Positions 1-11,452 of a stretch of 64,000 nucleotides of DNA are shown here, in pieces. Position numbers and translations under genes: made by a program. The notes below the pieces were generated by a model. That model saw nothing but the letters and a program-made list of their open reading frames with translations. It did no database searches and was not told the origin of the DNA. This stretch comes from Trueperaceae bacterium (GTDB taxonomy: Bacteria > Deinococcota > Deinococci > Deinococcales > Trueperaceae), in NCBI GenBank assembly GCA_965213705.1, contig OZ243913.1, forward strand, positions 3,232,001 to 3,296,000. The letters are read 5' to 3'. How positions within the stretch are numbered: the stretch's first letter is position 1; each line of letters starts with the position of its first letter.

Positions 1-791
1 GCGAGCGTCGCCACGCTCAACAGCGCGAGTTTGAACGTCTCGGTCGACAGCCCGAGCTGCGCGGCCTGCGTCTCGCCGAGTTGCAACAGGTTGAGGGCGC
101 GCGCCGACGCTTGCACGACCACGGCCGTCAGCAGCACGAACGGCAGCACCGCGGCAAGCTTGCTCCAGCTCGAGAACGCGAAGCTGCCGAGCAGCCAGGC
201 CAACACCCCCGCCGCCTGTTCACGCGACGCCAGCATCACGAAGGAAGTTAGGGCGCTCAGGCTCGAGCCCACCACCACCCCCGCCAAAATCAGCGACACC
301 AGCGGCACGCCGCGCCCCTGCCGCGCGAGGGCGTAAACGAGCAAAACGCTCAGCAGTGCGAACACGAACGCGACCGGCGGCACGCCGAGGCGCGCCAACA
401 GCGGCACGCTGCCCCCGAAGACGATAGCGAGCGTCGCCCCGAAACCCGCCCCGCTCGCCACGCCGAGGAGGTAGGGGTCGGCGAGCGGGTTGCGAAACAA
501 CCCCTGATACGCGACGCCCGCAAGCGACAAAGCCGCGCCGACGAGCGCGGCCGTGAGCACTCGCGGCAAGCGCAACTGCCAGATGATGGTGTCCGCCGGG
601 CCGGACAGGGTGCCGAAAACGCCGTGCCACAGCGCGCGCAGGGTTTCGGCGGGCGGTACCGCCACCGAGCCGACACTCGTCGCCAGCAACATTGCCGCCA
701 GCAACGCCAACGTGACGAGGGCCAGCGGCGTCCAGCGTGGGGGGCGCACGCGCCGCGCCGACGCTTTCGAACGACCGGCCGCCGACTGCAC
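1..791 (-). CDS. btuC: Cobalamin/iron-siderophore ABC permease (FecCD/BtuC family), runs off window edge
   Basis: Not in the ORF track (no stop in window). Manual translation from GTG at 791 gives MQSAAGR...LALVTLALLAAMLLATSVGSVAVP...IIWQLRLPRVLTAALVGAALSLAGVAYQGLFRNPLADPYLLGVASGAGFG, the FecCD signature. It abuts the btuF stop. Confidence 0.88.
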   Translation of the reverse strand, partial: MQSAAGRSKASARRVRPPRWTPLALVTLALLAAMLLATSVGSVAVPPAETLRALWHGVFGTLSGPADTIIWQLRLPRVLTAALVGAALSLAGVAYQGLFRNPLADPYLLGVASGAGFGATLAIVFGGSVPLLARLGVPPVAFVFALLSVLLVYALARQGRGVPLVSLILAGVVVGSSLSALTSFVMLASREQAAGVLAWLLGSFAFSSWSKLAAVLPFVLLTAVVVQASARALNLLQLGETQAAQLGLSTETFKLALLSVATL

Positions 792-1676
792 TTAGAACAA
801 GCCGGAATGCAGAAAACTTGCGAACAGTTTGACCGTGTCGCCCATGCGCGGACCCGGCCGGTTGACGAATTCGCCTTGCGCGTCGCTGAGTTCGAACACC
901 TGCCCCGACCCCAGCGCGCTCAAACTCGCCCAGCCGGGCCGGGCTTGAAGCGTCGCGGCGGACTCGCCGGGGGCGTCGGCGAGGATGATAATATCCGGGT
1001 CGGTCGCGATGACGAACTCCGGGTCGAGTTGCGGAAAGTCGCCGAGTTCGGCGGGTGAGACGGTCTCGCCCCCCGCTTTCGCCAACAGCGTGCCGATAAA
1101 CGACTCCGGCCCGACGCTGTAGGGGGTCGGGTCGATTTCGTAGTAGACCGTTTTGACGGGCAACGCGCTCGTCAGCTCGGCGACCGCCTCGATTTCTCCC
1201 CGCACGCGCCCGACGAGCAGCGCCGCTTGAGTTTCGCGGTTGACGAGTTCGCCGACCACACCGAAAAAGGTGAAGGTGTCTTCGACCGTCTGCGGACTGC
1301 CCGCGTACACCGTGAGTCCGGCGTCACCGAGAAGCTGCGCGAGTTCGCCGTACTCGGTCACAAAGACAAGGTCGGGCTCGAGCGCCACAATCGCCTCGAC
1401 GTCCGGCCCGCCCTCCACGCCGGTCAAGCCGCCGCCGAGTTGGGGCAGCCGGGTAACCTCTTCCGGGTAGGTACTAAAGGTGTCCACGCCGACGAGTTTG
1501 TCGCAGGCGTTTATAGCGCAGAGCGTTTCGGTGTCGCTCGGCAACATCGAGACGACGCGCACCGGCTCGCGCTGCAGGGTGAGTTCGCGGCCAAGTTCGT
1601 CGGTGACGGTGAGGGGATAGGTGGTGGCGAAGGCTAGGCCGAACAACCACAAGCTTAAAACCAACAAACGCTTCAC
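792..1676 (-). CDS. btuF: Cobalamin ABC transporter substrate-binding protein (BtuF-like)
   Basis: Signal peptide, YPLTVTDELGRELTL...RVVSMLPSDTE...DVEAIVALEPDLV and RPGPR motifs. Lies downstream of a B12 riboswitch. Start placed at GTG 1676 behind GGAG. Confidence 0.85.
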   Translation of the reverse strand: MKRLLVLSLWLFGLAFATTYPLTVTDELGRELTLQREPVRVVSMLPSDTETLCAINACDKLVGVDTFSTYPEEVTRLPQLGGGLTGVEGGPDVEAIVALEPDLVFVTEYGELAQLLGDAGLTVYAGSPQTVEDTFTFFGVVGELVNRETQAALLVGRVRGEIEAVAELTSALPVKTVYYEIDPTPYSVGPESFIGTLLAKAGGETVSPAELGDFPQLDPEFVIATDPDIIILADAPGESAATLQARPGWASLSALGSGQVFELSDAQGEFVNRPGPRMGDTVKLFASFLHSGLF

Positions 1677-1701
1677 AAAAGCCTCCAAAGGCTCTTGCGG
1701 G

Positions 1702-1730
1702 CAAAAGAAAAGCCATCCCGTTTGGAATGG
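1702..1730 (-). terminator. Intrinsic terminator, probable riboswitch expression platform
   Basis: Minus strand CCATTCC-AAAC-GGGATGG followed by CTTTTCTTTT, between the aptamer and the btuF start. Confidence 0.75.
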
Positions 1731-1790
1731 AAGGAAGCCTCGAGGTCTCGAGTGCCACCTTTCCTCGTCCTCGCAAGGGGTGCAGTTTAT

Positions 1791-1866
1791 GAAGTGCGTC
1801 TGGCATTCGGGCTTTCACCGTTGCGGGACAGCGCCGGACTTACACCGGTCTTCCCCAGACACCTTC
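1791..1866 (-). promoter_or_regulatory. Cobalamin riboswitch (short form)
   Basis: Minus strand GGGGAAGACCGGTGTAAGTCCGGCGCTGTCCCGCAACGGTGAAAGCCCGAATGCCAGAC matches the B12-box core. Closing stem GTCTGG/CCAGAC. Located upstream of btuF. Confidence 0.9.
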
Positions 1867-2193
1867 AGAAGCAAGCTTACGGCGGGACCGGGGCTTTGTC
1901 AACCGGAACGCTGACGCTCGCCAGGGCTACCGTAAAGCCACACAAAAGGGGCGTGTTTGCGAACGAACGCGAAGCAACTAATTGAAGTGCGCTGGCAGTG
2001 AGGTGGGCGTGAGGTTGCCTCAACGCTTCCGCTTCCAAGGCTACGCCCGACTGCGCGAGCGCTACGACATGTGTGAAAGCTGACTTTGCGATTGCCCTGC
2101 GACGCTTCTAGGTTAAAGGTATTTAGAACCAATCCGCTTGACGAGACATTTGTCCGACGCGGGCCGCGCGTCCCACCTTTTATACTGGAGGTT

Positions 2194-2787
2194 GTGCAGC
2201 GCACCCTATTGTTATTTCTCGCAACTGCCCTCCTTGCGGGCTTGGGCTACGGCGCGTACACGCTGGGCCGGTGGGCGGCGGCGCCCGAACTAGGCGGTAC
2301 CGCGCTGCAAAACCCCGTCGACGTGCGCGGGCTGACTTTGACGGGTGCAGACGGTCAAACCGTGTTCGGCGACTTCAAAGGTGAAACGGTGCTGGTCTTT
2401 TTCGGCTATACCCAGTGCCCGGACGTGTGCCCGGTCACCCTGGCGCGGTTGGCAAAACTCTACCGCGACCTGGGCGAGCCGACCGGTCTAAAAGTCGTGA
2501 TGGTGACGGTCGACCCGGCCAACGACACGCCCGAGGCGACCCAACAATACGCAGCCTCGTTTCAGCCCGAGTTTGTAGGTTTGAGCGGCAGCAACGCCCA
2601 AATCGCGACCGCCGCCAAGACCTTTTTCGTCGGTTTGGGCGCAAACGGGGAACCCTTCGCGCACACCGACGCGGTTTTTCTAGTCAACCGCCAGGGGTAC
2701 TTTCAGACGGTTTATTCTCAGGCGAACTTAGAGGCTTTGGCGGCGGACGTAGCGAGCTTGGGCGGGAAACTCCGTAAGTCGGGCTGA
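2194..2787 (+). CDS. SCO1/SenC family copper chaperone
   Basis: FFGYTQCPDVCP (CxxxC), TVDP and conserved His (AHT). N-terminal membrane anchor. GTG start after GGAGG. Confidence 0.9.
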   Translation: MQRTLLLFLATALLAGLGYGAYTLGRWAAAPELGGTALQNPVDVRGLTLTGADGQTVFGDFKGETVLVFFGYTQCPDVCPVTLARLAKLYRDLGEPTGLKVVMVTVDPANDTPEATQQYAASFQPEFVGLSGSNAQIATAAKTFFVGLGANGEPFAHTDAVFLVNRQGYFQTVYSQANLEALAADVASLGGKLRKSG

Positions 2788-2813
2788 GCCTGAGCAGGTG
2801 CTGGAGGTCCCCC

Positions 2814-5000
2814 TTATAAATCCTGCTCATCCCCGAAATTTTGCTCGGGGCTCGTTTCGGGCAGGGTGAAGTAAAAGGTCGCGCCCGCACCGACCTCGCT
2901 CTCGGCCCAGAGCGTGCCGCCGTGGCGGTGGACGACGCGCTGGACCGTCGCCAAACCGATGCCGCTGCCCTCAAACTCCTGGGGGCTGTGCAGGCGCTGA
3001 AACGGGCTGAACAGCTTGGCCGCGTAACGCATGTCGAAACCGGCCCCGTTGTCGCGCACAAAAAAAGCGTCTTCGCCCGTCCGCCCGAAGGCGACCACGG
3101 CCGCTTCGCGGTGTTGCGTAAACTTCCAGGCATTGCCCAAGAGGTTTTCCAACACGACTTTGAGCAGCCGCGCGTCCCCCGCAGCGCTCAAACCGGGCTC
3201 CAGGTCGAACACCACCTCACGGTTTTTGTAGCGGTGGCCCAGGTCGGTGGCGACCGTTTGCGCCAGCTCGCTCAGGTCGAGCGGCGCTACTTTCATGTCG
3301 GCGCGCGCCAACCTCGAGAGGTCGAGCAGGTCATCGATGAGGTCGCCCATGCGCGTGGCCGCCGCCTGGATACGCGCCACGTAGTGAACCCCGGTTTCGT
3401 CGAGCTGGTCGCCGTAGTCTTCAAGGAGCGCTTCGCTGAACCCGGTCACACCGCGCAGCGGCGCGCGCAGGTCGTGTGACACCGAGTAGTTGAAAGCCTC
3501 CAACTCCTGGTTGAGCGCCCCCAACTTGGCAGTGCGGTCCTCGACGCGGACTTCTAAGTCGGCGTTCAGCGCCTTTAGTTTTTCCTCGGCTTCGCGCGAC
3601 GCGCGGTAAAGGTCGGCGTTGTCCACAGCCACCGCCGCGCGCCCGGCCAGTTTTTCAGCGAGGGCCAAGTCGTCGGCGTTGAAACGCCGTCCCGACTCCG
3701 CCCACACGAGCGTCAGCGCGCCGAGCGTCTGCCCGCGCGCGGTCAAGGGCACGATTAGCGCCGACTTCATGCCCACCGCGCGGATGAGTTGCCAGTGTTC
3801 CTCGTTTCGGGCGCTTGCCCTGAGCAAGTCGTCGGAAATGTCGGGGAACAGGGCGCGCTCGCCCGTAGCGACGACCTTGGCCGCGCCCTGCGAAGCGTTG
3901 GGGTCCGGCGGGTAAAGGTGGCGCAGCGTTCTCGCCAGCTCGAGCTTGGCCGGGTCGCTGTGAGCTATAGCGACCTGTCGCAGCGCACCGTCGGCACCGG
4001 GCATGTCGACCACACACCAGTCGGCGAGAAACGGCACCATCAGCTCGACCACCGTCTGCAAGGTCGACTCGATGTCGAGCGAACCCGCCAGCAGTTTGCT
4101 CGCTCCGGCCAGGTGGCGCAGCCGCTCCTCGCCCAGTTTGCGCTCGGTGACGTCGTAGTTGACGCCCAGCATATACAGCGCGACGCCGTTTTCGTCGCGA
4201 ACAAAGTTGCCCCGACCCGCCAGCCAGCGCAGCGACCCGTCGGCCGAATGCACGCGGAACTCATGGTCGTAAATACCGCGCTCTTCTCTAGCCGTGTCGA
4301 TGACGGTTTGCAGAGCGAGCAGGTCGTCCGAGTAAACCCGTTCGAAAACCAGCTTACCCGTGACGTGCTCGAGGCCTGGGTCGATGCCGAACAGCTTGCG
4401 GTCGGTGGTGTCGAAGCTGACTTCGTCGGTCGTCAAGTCCCATTCGAACGTGCCCATCGCGCCGGCGGTAAGCGCGAGCTGCAAGCGTTCTTCCTGACGG
4501 TTCAGCGCCGCCTCGCCCTGCAGCCGCGCGCTGATGTCCAGGCCGGTCGCCACCAGGTGAGTGACGCGCCCCGCAGCGCCGAAGACCGGCGCGACTTGGC
4601 AGTCCACCATGAGAAACCGGTCTTCGGTCAAGCGAACCCGCGCGGTGTAGGGACACGTTTCACCCGCGGCGGCGCGCCCCACGACGTCGCGCAAGCGGTC
4701 TTGCAGCGCCGGGTCGTACGCGTACCAGTAGGCTTGGGCCAAGTGCCGACCGACGACCTCCTCGGACTTTGCAGAAGTGATACTCAGGACTGGCCGGTTG
4801 ACCTCGAGCACTTCCCCCTCCGCCGAGAGCAGGGCGGCGAAAATAGGCAGCGCGTCCAGCACGTCTTGCACCTGCAGGTGGGCGTCCGGCTGTGAAGCGT
4901 TCCGGCGCTCTTGCGACTCTGCCAGGGGCGCGGCTTTCGTTGCGTCTTTCACCTCGGACCTCCTGGACGTTCGCGGGCGTTTCTCAAGCGTCACCGGCAT
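2814..5000 (-). CDS. PAS-PAS-GAF sensor histidine kinase
   Basis: H-box SVSHDLRAPL, N-box NLLGNAWKF, DNGAGF and GSGIGLA. Two PAS/PAC domains and a GAF domain upstream. Confidence 0.93.
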   Translation of the reverse strand: MPVTLEKRPRTSRRSEVKDATKAAPLAESQERRNASQPDAHLQVQDVLDALPIFAALLSAEGEVLEVNRPVLSITSAKSEEVVGRHLAQAYWYAYDPALQDRLRDVVGRAAAGETCPYTARVRLTEDRFLMVDCQVAPVFGAAGRVTHLVATGLDISARLQGEAALNRQEERLQLALTAGAMGTFEWDLTTDEVSFDTTDRKLFGIDPGLEHVTGKLVFERVYSDDLLALQTVIDTAREERGIYDHEFRVHSADGSLRWLAGRGNFVRDENGVALYMLGVNYDVTERKLGEERLRHLAGASKLLAGSLDIESTLQTVVELMVPFLADWCVVDMPGADGALRQVAIAHSDPAKLELARTLRHLYPPDPNASQGAAKVVATGERALFPDISDDLLRASARNEEHWQLIRAVGMKSALIVPLTARGQTLGALTLVWAESGRRFNADDLALAEKLAGRAAVAVDNADLYRASREAEEKLKALNADLEVRVEDRTAKLGALNQELEAFNYSVSHDLRAPLRGVTGFSEALLEDYGDQLDETGVHYVARIQAAATRMGDLIDDLLDLSRLARADMKVAPLDLSELAQTVATDLGHRYKNREVVFDLEPGLSAAGDARLLKVVLENLLGNAWKFTQHREAAVVAFGRTGEDAFFVRDNGAGFDMRYAAKLFSPFQRLHSPQEFEGSGIGLATVQRVVHRHGGTLWAESEVGAGATFYFTLPETSPEQNFGDEQDL

Positions 5001-5029
5001 TATCCCTCGAGCCGCCCCCCGGGCGCGCG

Positions 5030-5345
5030 TAAAAAGTCACCTAGTCGCGTTTGGCAGCGGGTCTTTGCGGAGCTTCTACCGGCGGTTTCAGGAGCGATTG
5101 AGACGTAACCAATGCGAGACCCCTCCGGCTAGATAGGCCACCTCCCCTAAAAAGGGAGGTAAGGTCAAGACCGATTTGTCCGTCCTAGTGTCACGCGGAG
5201 GGGCCGAGGAAAGCCCGCCACCCAGGACCGAAAACCGCCGGGCGTTAGACCTTTCGTACCAGAGAGGACCAGTCCCACCCAAACGAACAGCAGCAAAAGG
5301 TTCGCGCGAACCTCCTGCTGCTGTTGCCCCCGTTCCCCGGCCAGA
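5030..5345 (-). ncRNA. Candidate structured non-coding RNA or long leader, family unknown
   Basis: Nested inverted repeats: 5048-5054/5279-5285, 5079-5089/5230-5241, 5120-5127/5196-5203, a hairpin at 5140-5160 and a long hairpin at 5286-5325. Several mismatches become G-U pairs only on the minus strand. TATATT lies at 5351-5356 (minus) and a U-tract at about 5031-5035. Confidence 0.5.
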
Positions 5346-5440
5346 ACCCGAATATAGCAGAACCCGAGCGGCTTGGCTAGGTACGTGGGTCGCCTCGAGC
5401 ACCGACAGGTGTACCAGTCGAGTTCGGTGTAGAACAGCCT

Positions 5441-6610
5441 TCAGCGGATGATGTCGACCGGGTTCAGGGCGACGGCGCGGCGCGCCGGGACAATTCCGGC
5501 GACGGTGCTGGTCAGCAAGGAGAGACTGCAGACCCACACAAAGTCGAACACTTGCAGCTGCACCGGCAGTTGGGTGATGAAGTACAGGTCGCCCGGCAGC
5601 GGAAACGGCTTGAGCTTGAAGTACAAGCTGATGCCGAGGCCGAGCAGCGCGCCGAGCAGTGTGCCTGCCGCGCCGAGCGCAAAACCTTCGACTATGAACA
5701 CCGACAGAATTTGCCGCTGCGACGCGCCCATCGCCCGCAAAATGGCAATTTCTTCCGTTTTCTCCGCCACCGTCAAAATGAGCAGGTTGGCGATGCCCAT
5801 CGCCGCCACGAGCACGATCAAGAACACCACCACGCCGATGAGCGCCTTTTGCAAGCGCAGTTGCTCGATGAGGTTGGCGAACAGCTCTTGCCACGAGCGG
5901 GCGACGAGCCCGGTCTTGGCCGCAAGGTCACGGCCGACCGCGGCGGCCCGGTCGGGGTCCGCCACGCGGACGTGATAGCCGCTGATTTGCCCCTCCTTGC
6001 CGAGGTAGCTCTGCAGTGCGGGGACGGACGTGTACGACACCACCGCGTCGAGAAGTTCGTTGCCGACCCGGAAGGTGTCGGCAACCGTGAAAGCGCGGCG
6101 CTGTTGCGAAACGTTGAGAACTTGCACCTCTTCGCCCGGATAAACGCCGAGCTGGGTGTAGGCGAGCGAGCGGCCCAGGATGATTTCGTCGTCGGCCAAG
6201 GTGCCGAGCTGGGGCAAGTCGGGCAGCACGGCGCGCTCGAGCCTTGGGTCGATGCCGAACAGTTGCGTGTAGCCGTTGGTCGCGCTCAAACCGAGGTTGG
6301 CGTCGGCCCGCCGAAAGATGAGGGCTTGCGTGGTCAGGTAGGGCGCGACCGCCACGACGCCGGGTTGTTCTTCTAAAGTTTCGAGCGTGGTTTCTTCGAA
6401 CGGCAAGGTTTCGCCGGGCAGCGCGCTCAAACTGAGGTGCGGCGTCGCCTGCAGGGTGCTCCGCTCGATTTCGGCGATAAAGCCGTTCGTCAGTGACAAA
6501 GCTGTGATGAGCACCATCACCCCGACCGCGACGCCGACGACGGTCACGACGGTTTGTAGGGTGCGGCGGCGGACGTGCCGGTAGGCCAAAAAAAGAGTAA
6601 AGTGACGCAC
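5441..6610 (-). CDS. ABC transporter permease, LolC/E (FtsX/MacB) family
   Basis: N-terminal TM, periplasmic domain, then EKTEEIAILRAMGA and C-terminal PARRAVALNPVDIIR. Confidence 0.9.
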   Translation of the reverse strand: MRHFTLFLAYRHVRRRTLQTVVTVVGVAVGVMVLITALSLTNGFIAEIERSTLQATPHLSLSALPGETLPFEETTLETLEEQPGVVAVAPYLTTQALIFRRADANLGLSATNGYTQLFGIDPRLERAVLPDLPQLGTLADDEIILGRSLAYTQLGVYPGEEVQVLNVSQQRRAFTVADTFRVGNELLDAVVSYTSVPALQSYLGKEGQISGYHVRVADPDRAAAVGRDLAAKTGLVARSWQELFANLIEQLRLQKALIGVVVFLIVLVAAMGIANLLILTVAEKTEEIAILRAMGASQRQILSVFIVEGFALGAAGTLLGALLGLGISLYFKLKPFPLPGDLYFITQLPVQLQVFDFVWVCSLSLLTSTVAGIVPARRAVALNPVDIIR

Positions 6611-6791
6611 ACGCTACTCTACCCGATTCGGTTTTTTGGCGGCCTGCGCCGGGCGGCGGGGCTCTCGGGAACGAGGTGCGGCGGGGCGGGTGAAGGCGGC
6701 AACCCGCACGTGCCAGGGTTGTGTCGTAAACTCGACCCGACACGCGTCCTCTCCCGCGCGACGCGCGAACAAGAGTTTGAAAGGACGGTCA

Positions 6792-7760
6792 ATGACTATT
6801 TTGGTTACGGGTGCGGCGGGCTTTATCGGCTCCCACTTGTCGGAGCAACTCGCCCGGCGAGGGCACAGCGTCCTCGGCGTCGACTGCCTCACGCCTTACT
6901 ACAGCCAAGCGCTGAAAAGCTCGAACGTCCGGCACCTCGAGCGGTGCGGCGTCGTTTTCGAGCGCTGCGACTTGGCCGAAGACACCTTGTCAACTCACCT
7001 AAAAGGCGTCGACTTCGTTTTTCACCTGGCCGCCCAACCCGGTATCTCGGCGGCCGTGCCTTTCGCCGACTTCGAACGCAACAACGTGTGGGCGACGTAC
7101 CGACTGCTCGAGGCAACGCTGGCTTCGGGGGTACAAGGTTTTGTCAACGTCGCGACTTCGTCGGTTTACGGGGCCGACGCCACGGGCGACGAAACGGCCG
7201 AGGCCAAACCCACCTCGTTTTACGGCGTGACCAAGCTCGCTGCGGAACAGTTGGTGCTGGCGCAGGCGCGGGACAAAGGCTTTCCTGCTTGCTCCGTACG
7301 GCTTTTCTCGGTTTACGGCCCCAGGGAACGACCCGAAAAGCTTTTTCCCAAGCTTATCGACGCCGTCCTCACGAACCGACCTTTTCCCCTGTACGAAGGC
7401 AGCTTGAAGCACCTGCGCAGTTACACCTACGTCGGCGACATCGTCGACGGCCTGGTCGCCACGATGGACCGTTTTTCGGCGTGCAACGGTGAAATCTTGA
7501 ACTTGGGCACGGACACCGCCATAACGACGGGTGAAGGTGTTGCTATCGTCGAGACCCTCCTCGGCAAAAAAGCGAGGCTCGAGGTCACACCCAAACGCCC
7601 CGGCGACCAGCTCAAAACCCACGCCGACATCACAAAAGCCAGAAAACTCCTGCAGTACGACCCGTCCGTCACCCCGGAACAGGGACTCGAGAAAGAGGTG
7701 CAGTGGTACCGCGACGAGGTATTTGGGAAAATCAAGCTTTACAAGGAGCCGACCCGCTGA
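6792..7760 (+). CDS. NAD-dependent epimerase/dehydratase (UDP-sugar 4-epimerase-like)
   Basis: MTILVTGAAGFIGSHL, TSSVYG, YGVTK (YxxxK). Start at ATG 6792 after AAGGA. Confidence 0.92.
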   Translation: MTILVTGAAGFIGSHLSEQLARRGHSVLGVDCLTPYYSQALKSSNVRHLERCGVVFERCDLAEDTLSTHLKGVDFVFHLAAQPGISAAVPFADFERNNVWATYRLLEATLASGVQGFVNVATSSVYGADATGDETAEAKPTSFYGVTKLAAEQLVLAQARDKGFPACSVRLFSVYGPRERPEKLFPKLIDAVLTNRPFPLYEGSLKHLRSYTYVGDIVDGLVATMDRFSACNGEILNLGTDTAITTGEGVAIVETLLGKKARLEVTPKRPGDQLKTHADITKARKLLQYDPSVTPEQGLEKEVQWYRDEVFGKIKLYKEPTR

Positions 7761-7812
7761 CTTGTTTTCGAACCCTAACCGGGGCGACGTACCAAAGAAC
7801 CCGTCACAGGCC

Positions 7813-8424
7813 CTACTCCACAGCGGACAGGCGCGGCGGGGTCGTAAACTCGCTGTCGGCAGCGGCATAAAGTTCGGGGCCGACGCGGCCCCAGCGCACG
7901 ACCTCGACCTCGACCTGGCGAACGCCCCAGGTCACCGCGTCGGACAGCCGCGGAAACCACACGTCGACCTGCCGACGTTTGCGTTCGTGCATCGTGTCTT
8001 CGACAACGAAAACTTGTTCGTCGAGCAGGTCTTGAAAACGGCCCGCCCCGCGGCCGTTGTAGTAACCGCCCAAGTCTTTCAAGCGCACAAGCGAGCCGTA
8101 AGGGATGTCCGCGTCGAGCAAGTCCCTACTCACCGCGATGATGCCGAAGCGGGTAGTAGCCCCCGTCGCCGTGATGTTCGGCGTCGCGTCGGTCTGACTC
8201 TCGAGCGAGTTGTAGGCGGTCGCTTTAAGGGTAAAAACAGGTGTCGCCACCGGTCCCACCTGAGAGTTTCTCGAGACGGTACGTGCGTCTGCGAGGACGG
8301 TAACGCCCGGAACCAAGTTGAGACTAACCACTTTTTCAGGTTGCGGTGGCGCGCTGAAGGCGGTGATGAGAACGGCTAAAACCAACCCTACAGCGCAGAG
8401 TTTGCCACTGACATGAAGTGCCAT
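7813..8424 (-). CDS. 3D (Asp-Asp-Asp) domain exported protein
   Basis: Signal peptide, ATAYNS...TD.TP..TATG, IAVSRD, VEDTM and VDVW motifs. Confidence 0.8.
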   Translation of the reverse strand: MALHVSGKLCAVGLVLAVLITAFSAPPQPEKVVSLNLVPGVTVLADARTVSRNSQVGPVATPVFTLKATAYNSLESQTDATPNITATGATTRFGIIAVSRDLLDADIPYGSLVRLKDLGGYYNGRGAGRFQDLLDEQVFVVEDTMHERKRRQVDVWFPRLSDAVTWGVRQVEVEVVRWGRVGPELYAAADSEFTTPPRLSAVE

Positions 8425-8451
8425 GCGCACCTCCCGAGTTGTAGAGCTTAA

Positions 8452-9993
<1,542 letters not shown>

Positions 9994-10097
9994 GCGCGGC
10001 CGTCCGTTCGGGGAGTGTAGGGTTAACCCGTGCCGAGTCGCCTTTTTAACACCCGCCGCGGTGCCCACTTCCTAAGCTGGGAGGCGTCAGGGGGTTT

Positions 10098-11036
10098 ATG
10101 ACCACACGCAGCAGCTTGGCCGAGCAAGCCCTGGACGCCATGCCCCAACACGTCGCCGTACTGAACGCCGCGGGCGTCATCGACCTCGTCAACGCCGGGT
10201 GGCTGAAGTTCGCTTGTGAAAACGGTTTCTGCGAAGCCCGGAGCGAGTCGTTCGTGGGCGTCGACTATCTCCAGGTGCTCGCCGCCGCCCAGGGCGACGA
10301 AGAGGACACCTCACGGCTGTCCTACGACGGGATTCGGGCGGTCTTGCAGGGCGAGAGTTCGCACTTCTCGCTCGAGTATCCCTGCGACTCGCCCAGCGAA
10401 AAACGTTGGTTTATCGTCGACGTACGGCCGACCCTGGGACGCGACGGGGCGCTCAGCGGCGCGGTCGTGGTCCATACGGACATTACCGGCCGCAAGGCGT
10501 TGGAACAGCAGCTGGCGCAACTCGCCCACCGCGACAGCCTGACCGGGTTGGCGAGCCGCGCTTTTTTTCTGGCGCACGCCGAACGCTTGCTCAGCCTCGC
10601 CGACCGGGGCAAGCGCGCGATGCACCTCATCTACCTCGACCTAAACGGCTTCAAACCGGTCAACGACACCTACGGACACGCGGCTGGCGACTACTTGCTC
10701 GTCAAGGTCGCCGAGCGCTTTAAGAGGCGGGTGCGCGAGAGCGACCTGCTGGCCCGCTTGGGCGGCGACGAGTTCGTCGCGCTGGTCGAGGACAATACCG
10801 AGGCCATAACCGTCGGCCGCCGCTACTTAGCGACCCTCGAGGACCCTTTCAAGGTGAGCGGCCAAGAGGTGCGGGTAGGCGCGAGCGTCGGCGTCGCAAC
10901 GTTTCCACAGGACGGGCGCACTGTTCAAGAACTGCTTCACTTCGCCGACGAACTCATGTACAAAGCCAAGAAGCGCGGCGGCGGAGTGGTGACGCAGGCC
11001 GCGTCGCCCCACGCTCCCGTCGGGTGCAATCCCTGA
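10098..11036 (+). CDS. PAS-GGDEF diguanylate cyclase
   Basis: DLNGFKPVNDTYGH, I-site RESD, RLGGDEF. Confidence 0.93.
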   Translation: MTTRSSLAEQALDAMPQHVAVLNAAGVIDLVNAGWLKFACENGFCEARSESFVGVDYLQVLAAAQGDEEDTSRLSYDGIRAVLQGESSHFSLEYPCDSPSEKRWFIVDVRPTLGRDGALSGAVVVHTDITGRKALEQQLAQLAHRDSLTGLASRAFFLAHAERLLSLADRGKRAMHLIYLDLNGFKPVNDTYGHAAGDYLLVKVAERFKRRVRESDLLARLGGDEFVALVEDNTEAITVGRRYLATLEDPFKVSGQEVRVGASVGVATFPQDGRTVQELLHFADELMYKAKKRGGGVVTQAASPHAPVGCNP

Positions 11037-11232
11037 GGTGTCGGCCGCCGACTTCAGCGCCCGTTTGCTAAAGTAGGCGGCGAAACCGAACGCGAGGTAC
11101 AACACCCTTTCCGTTTCATTCCCTCATCAAACGCGAGCAGAGCGAGAAGAAAACACATGAATTTCGATAAGAAGCGAACAACTCTTCTAAGGTTTACAAG
11201 CTGTAGTACCGGAATCCGTATAAACTGATGCC

Positions 11233-11451
11233 ATGAACATTTTTTCCATCATCGTAGGTGTGCTGGCACTCCTCGGCGCGTTCGTCGGTTTTATTCCCCT
11301 GTTGGGTTGGTTCAACTGGCTCGTCATTCCGCTCGCCGTCGTCGGCCTCGTGCTGGGTTTGTTGGCAAAAGAGAACGGCGGCCGCAACGTCAACATCGTC
11401 GTGTTAGTGCTGGCTGTCGTTCGTTTGTCGATAGGCGGCGGAATTTTTTAG
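11233..11451 (+). CDS. Small hydrophobic membrane protein
   Basis: 72 aa with about three hydrophobic segments (GFIPLLGWFNWLVIP). TAAACT -10-like hexamer 6 nt before ATG. Confidence 0.75.
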   Translation: MNIFSIIVGVLALLGAFVGFIPLLGWFNWLVIPLAVVGLVLGLLAKENGGRNVNIVVLVLAVVRLSIGGGIF

Positions 11452-11452
11452 G

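Noticed and set aside
5200..5380. Plus-strand GAGGAAAGCCCGCC and CAGAACCCG...GCGGCTT resemble RNase P RNA conserved regions
   Set aside because: The universally bulged U is missing, the spacing is too short for bacterial RNase P, no P1/P2 frame is evident, and the G-U pattern favours the minus strand.
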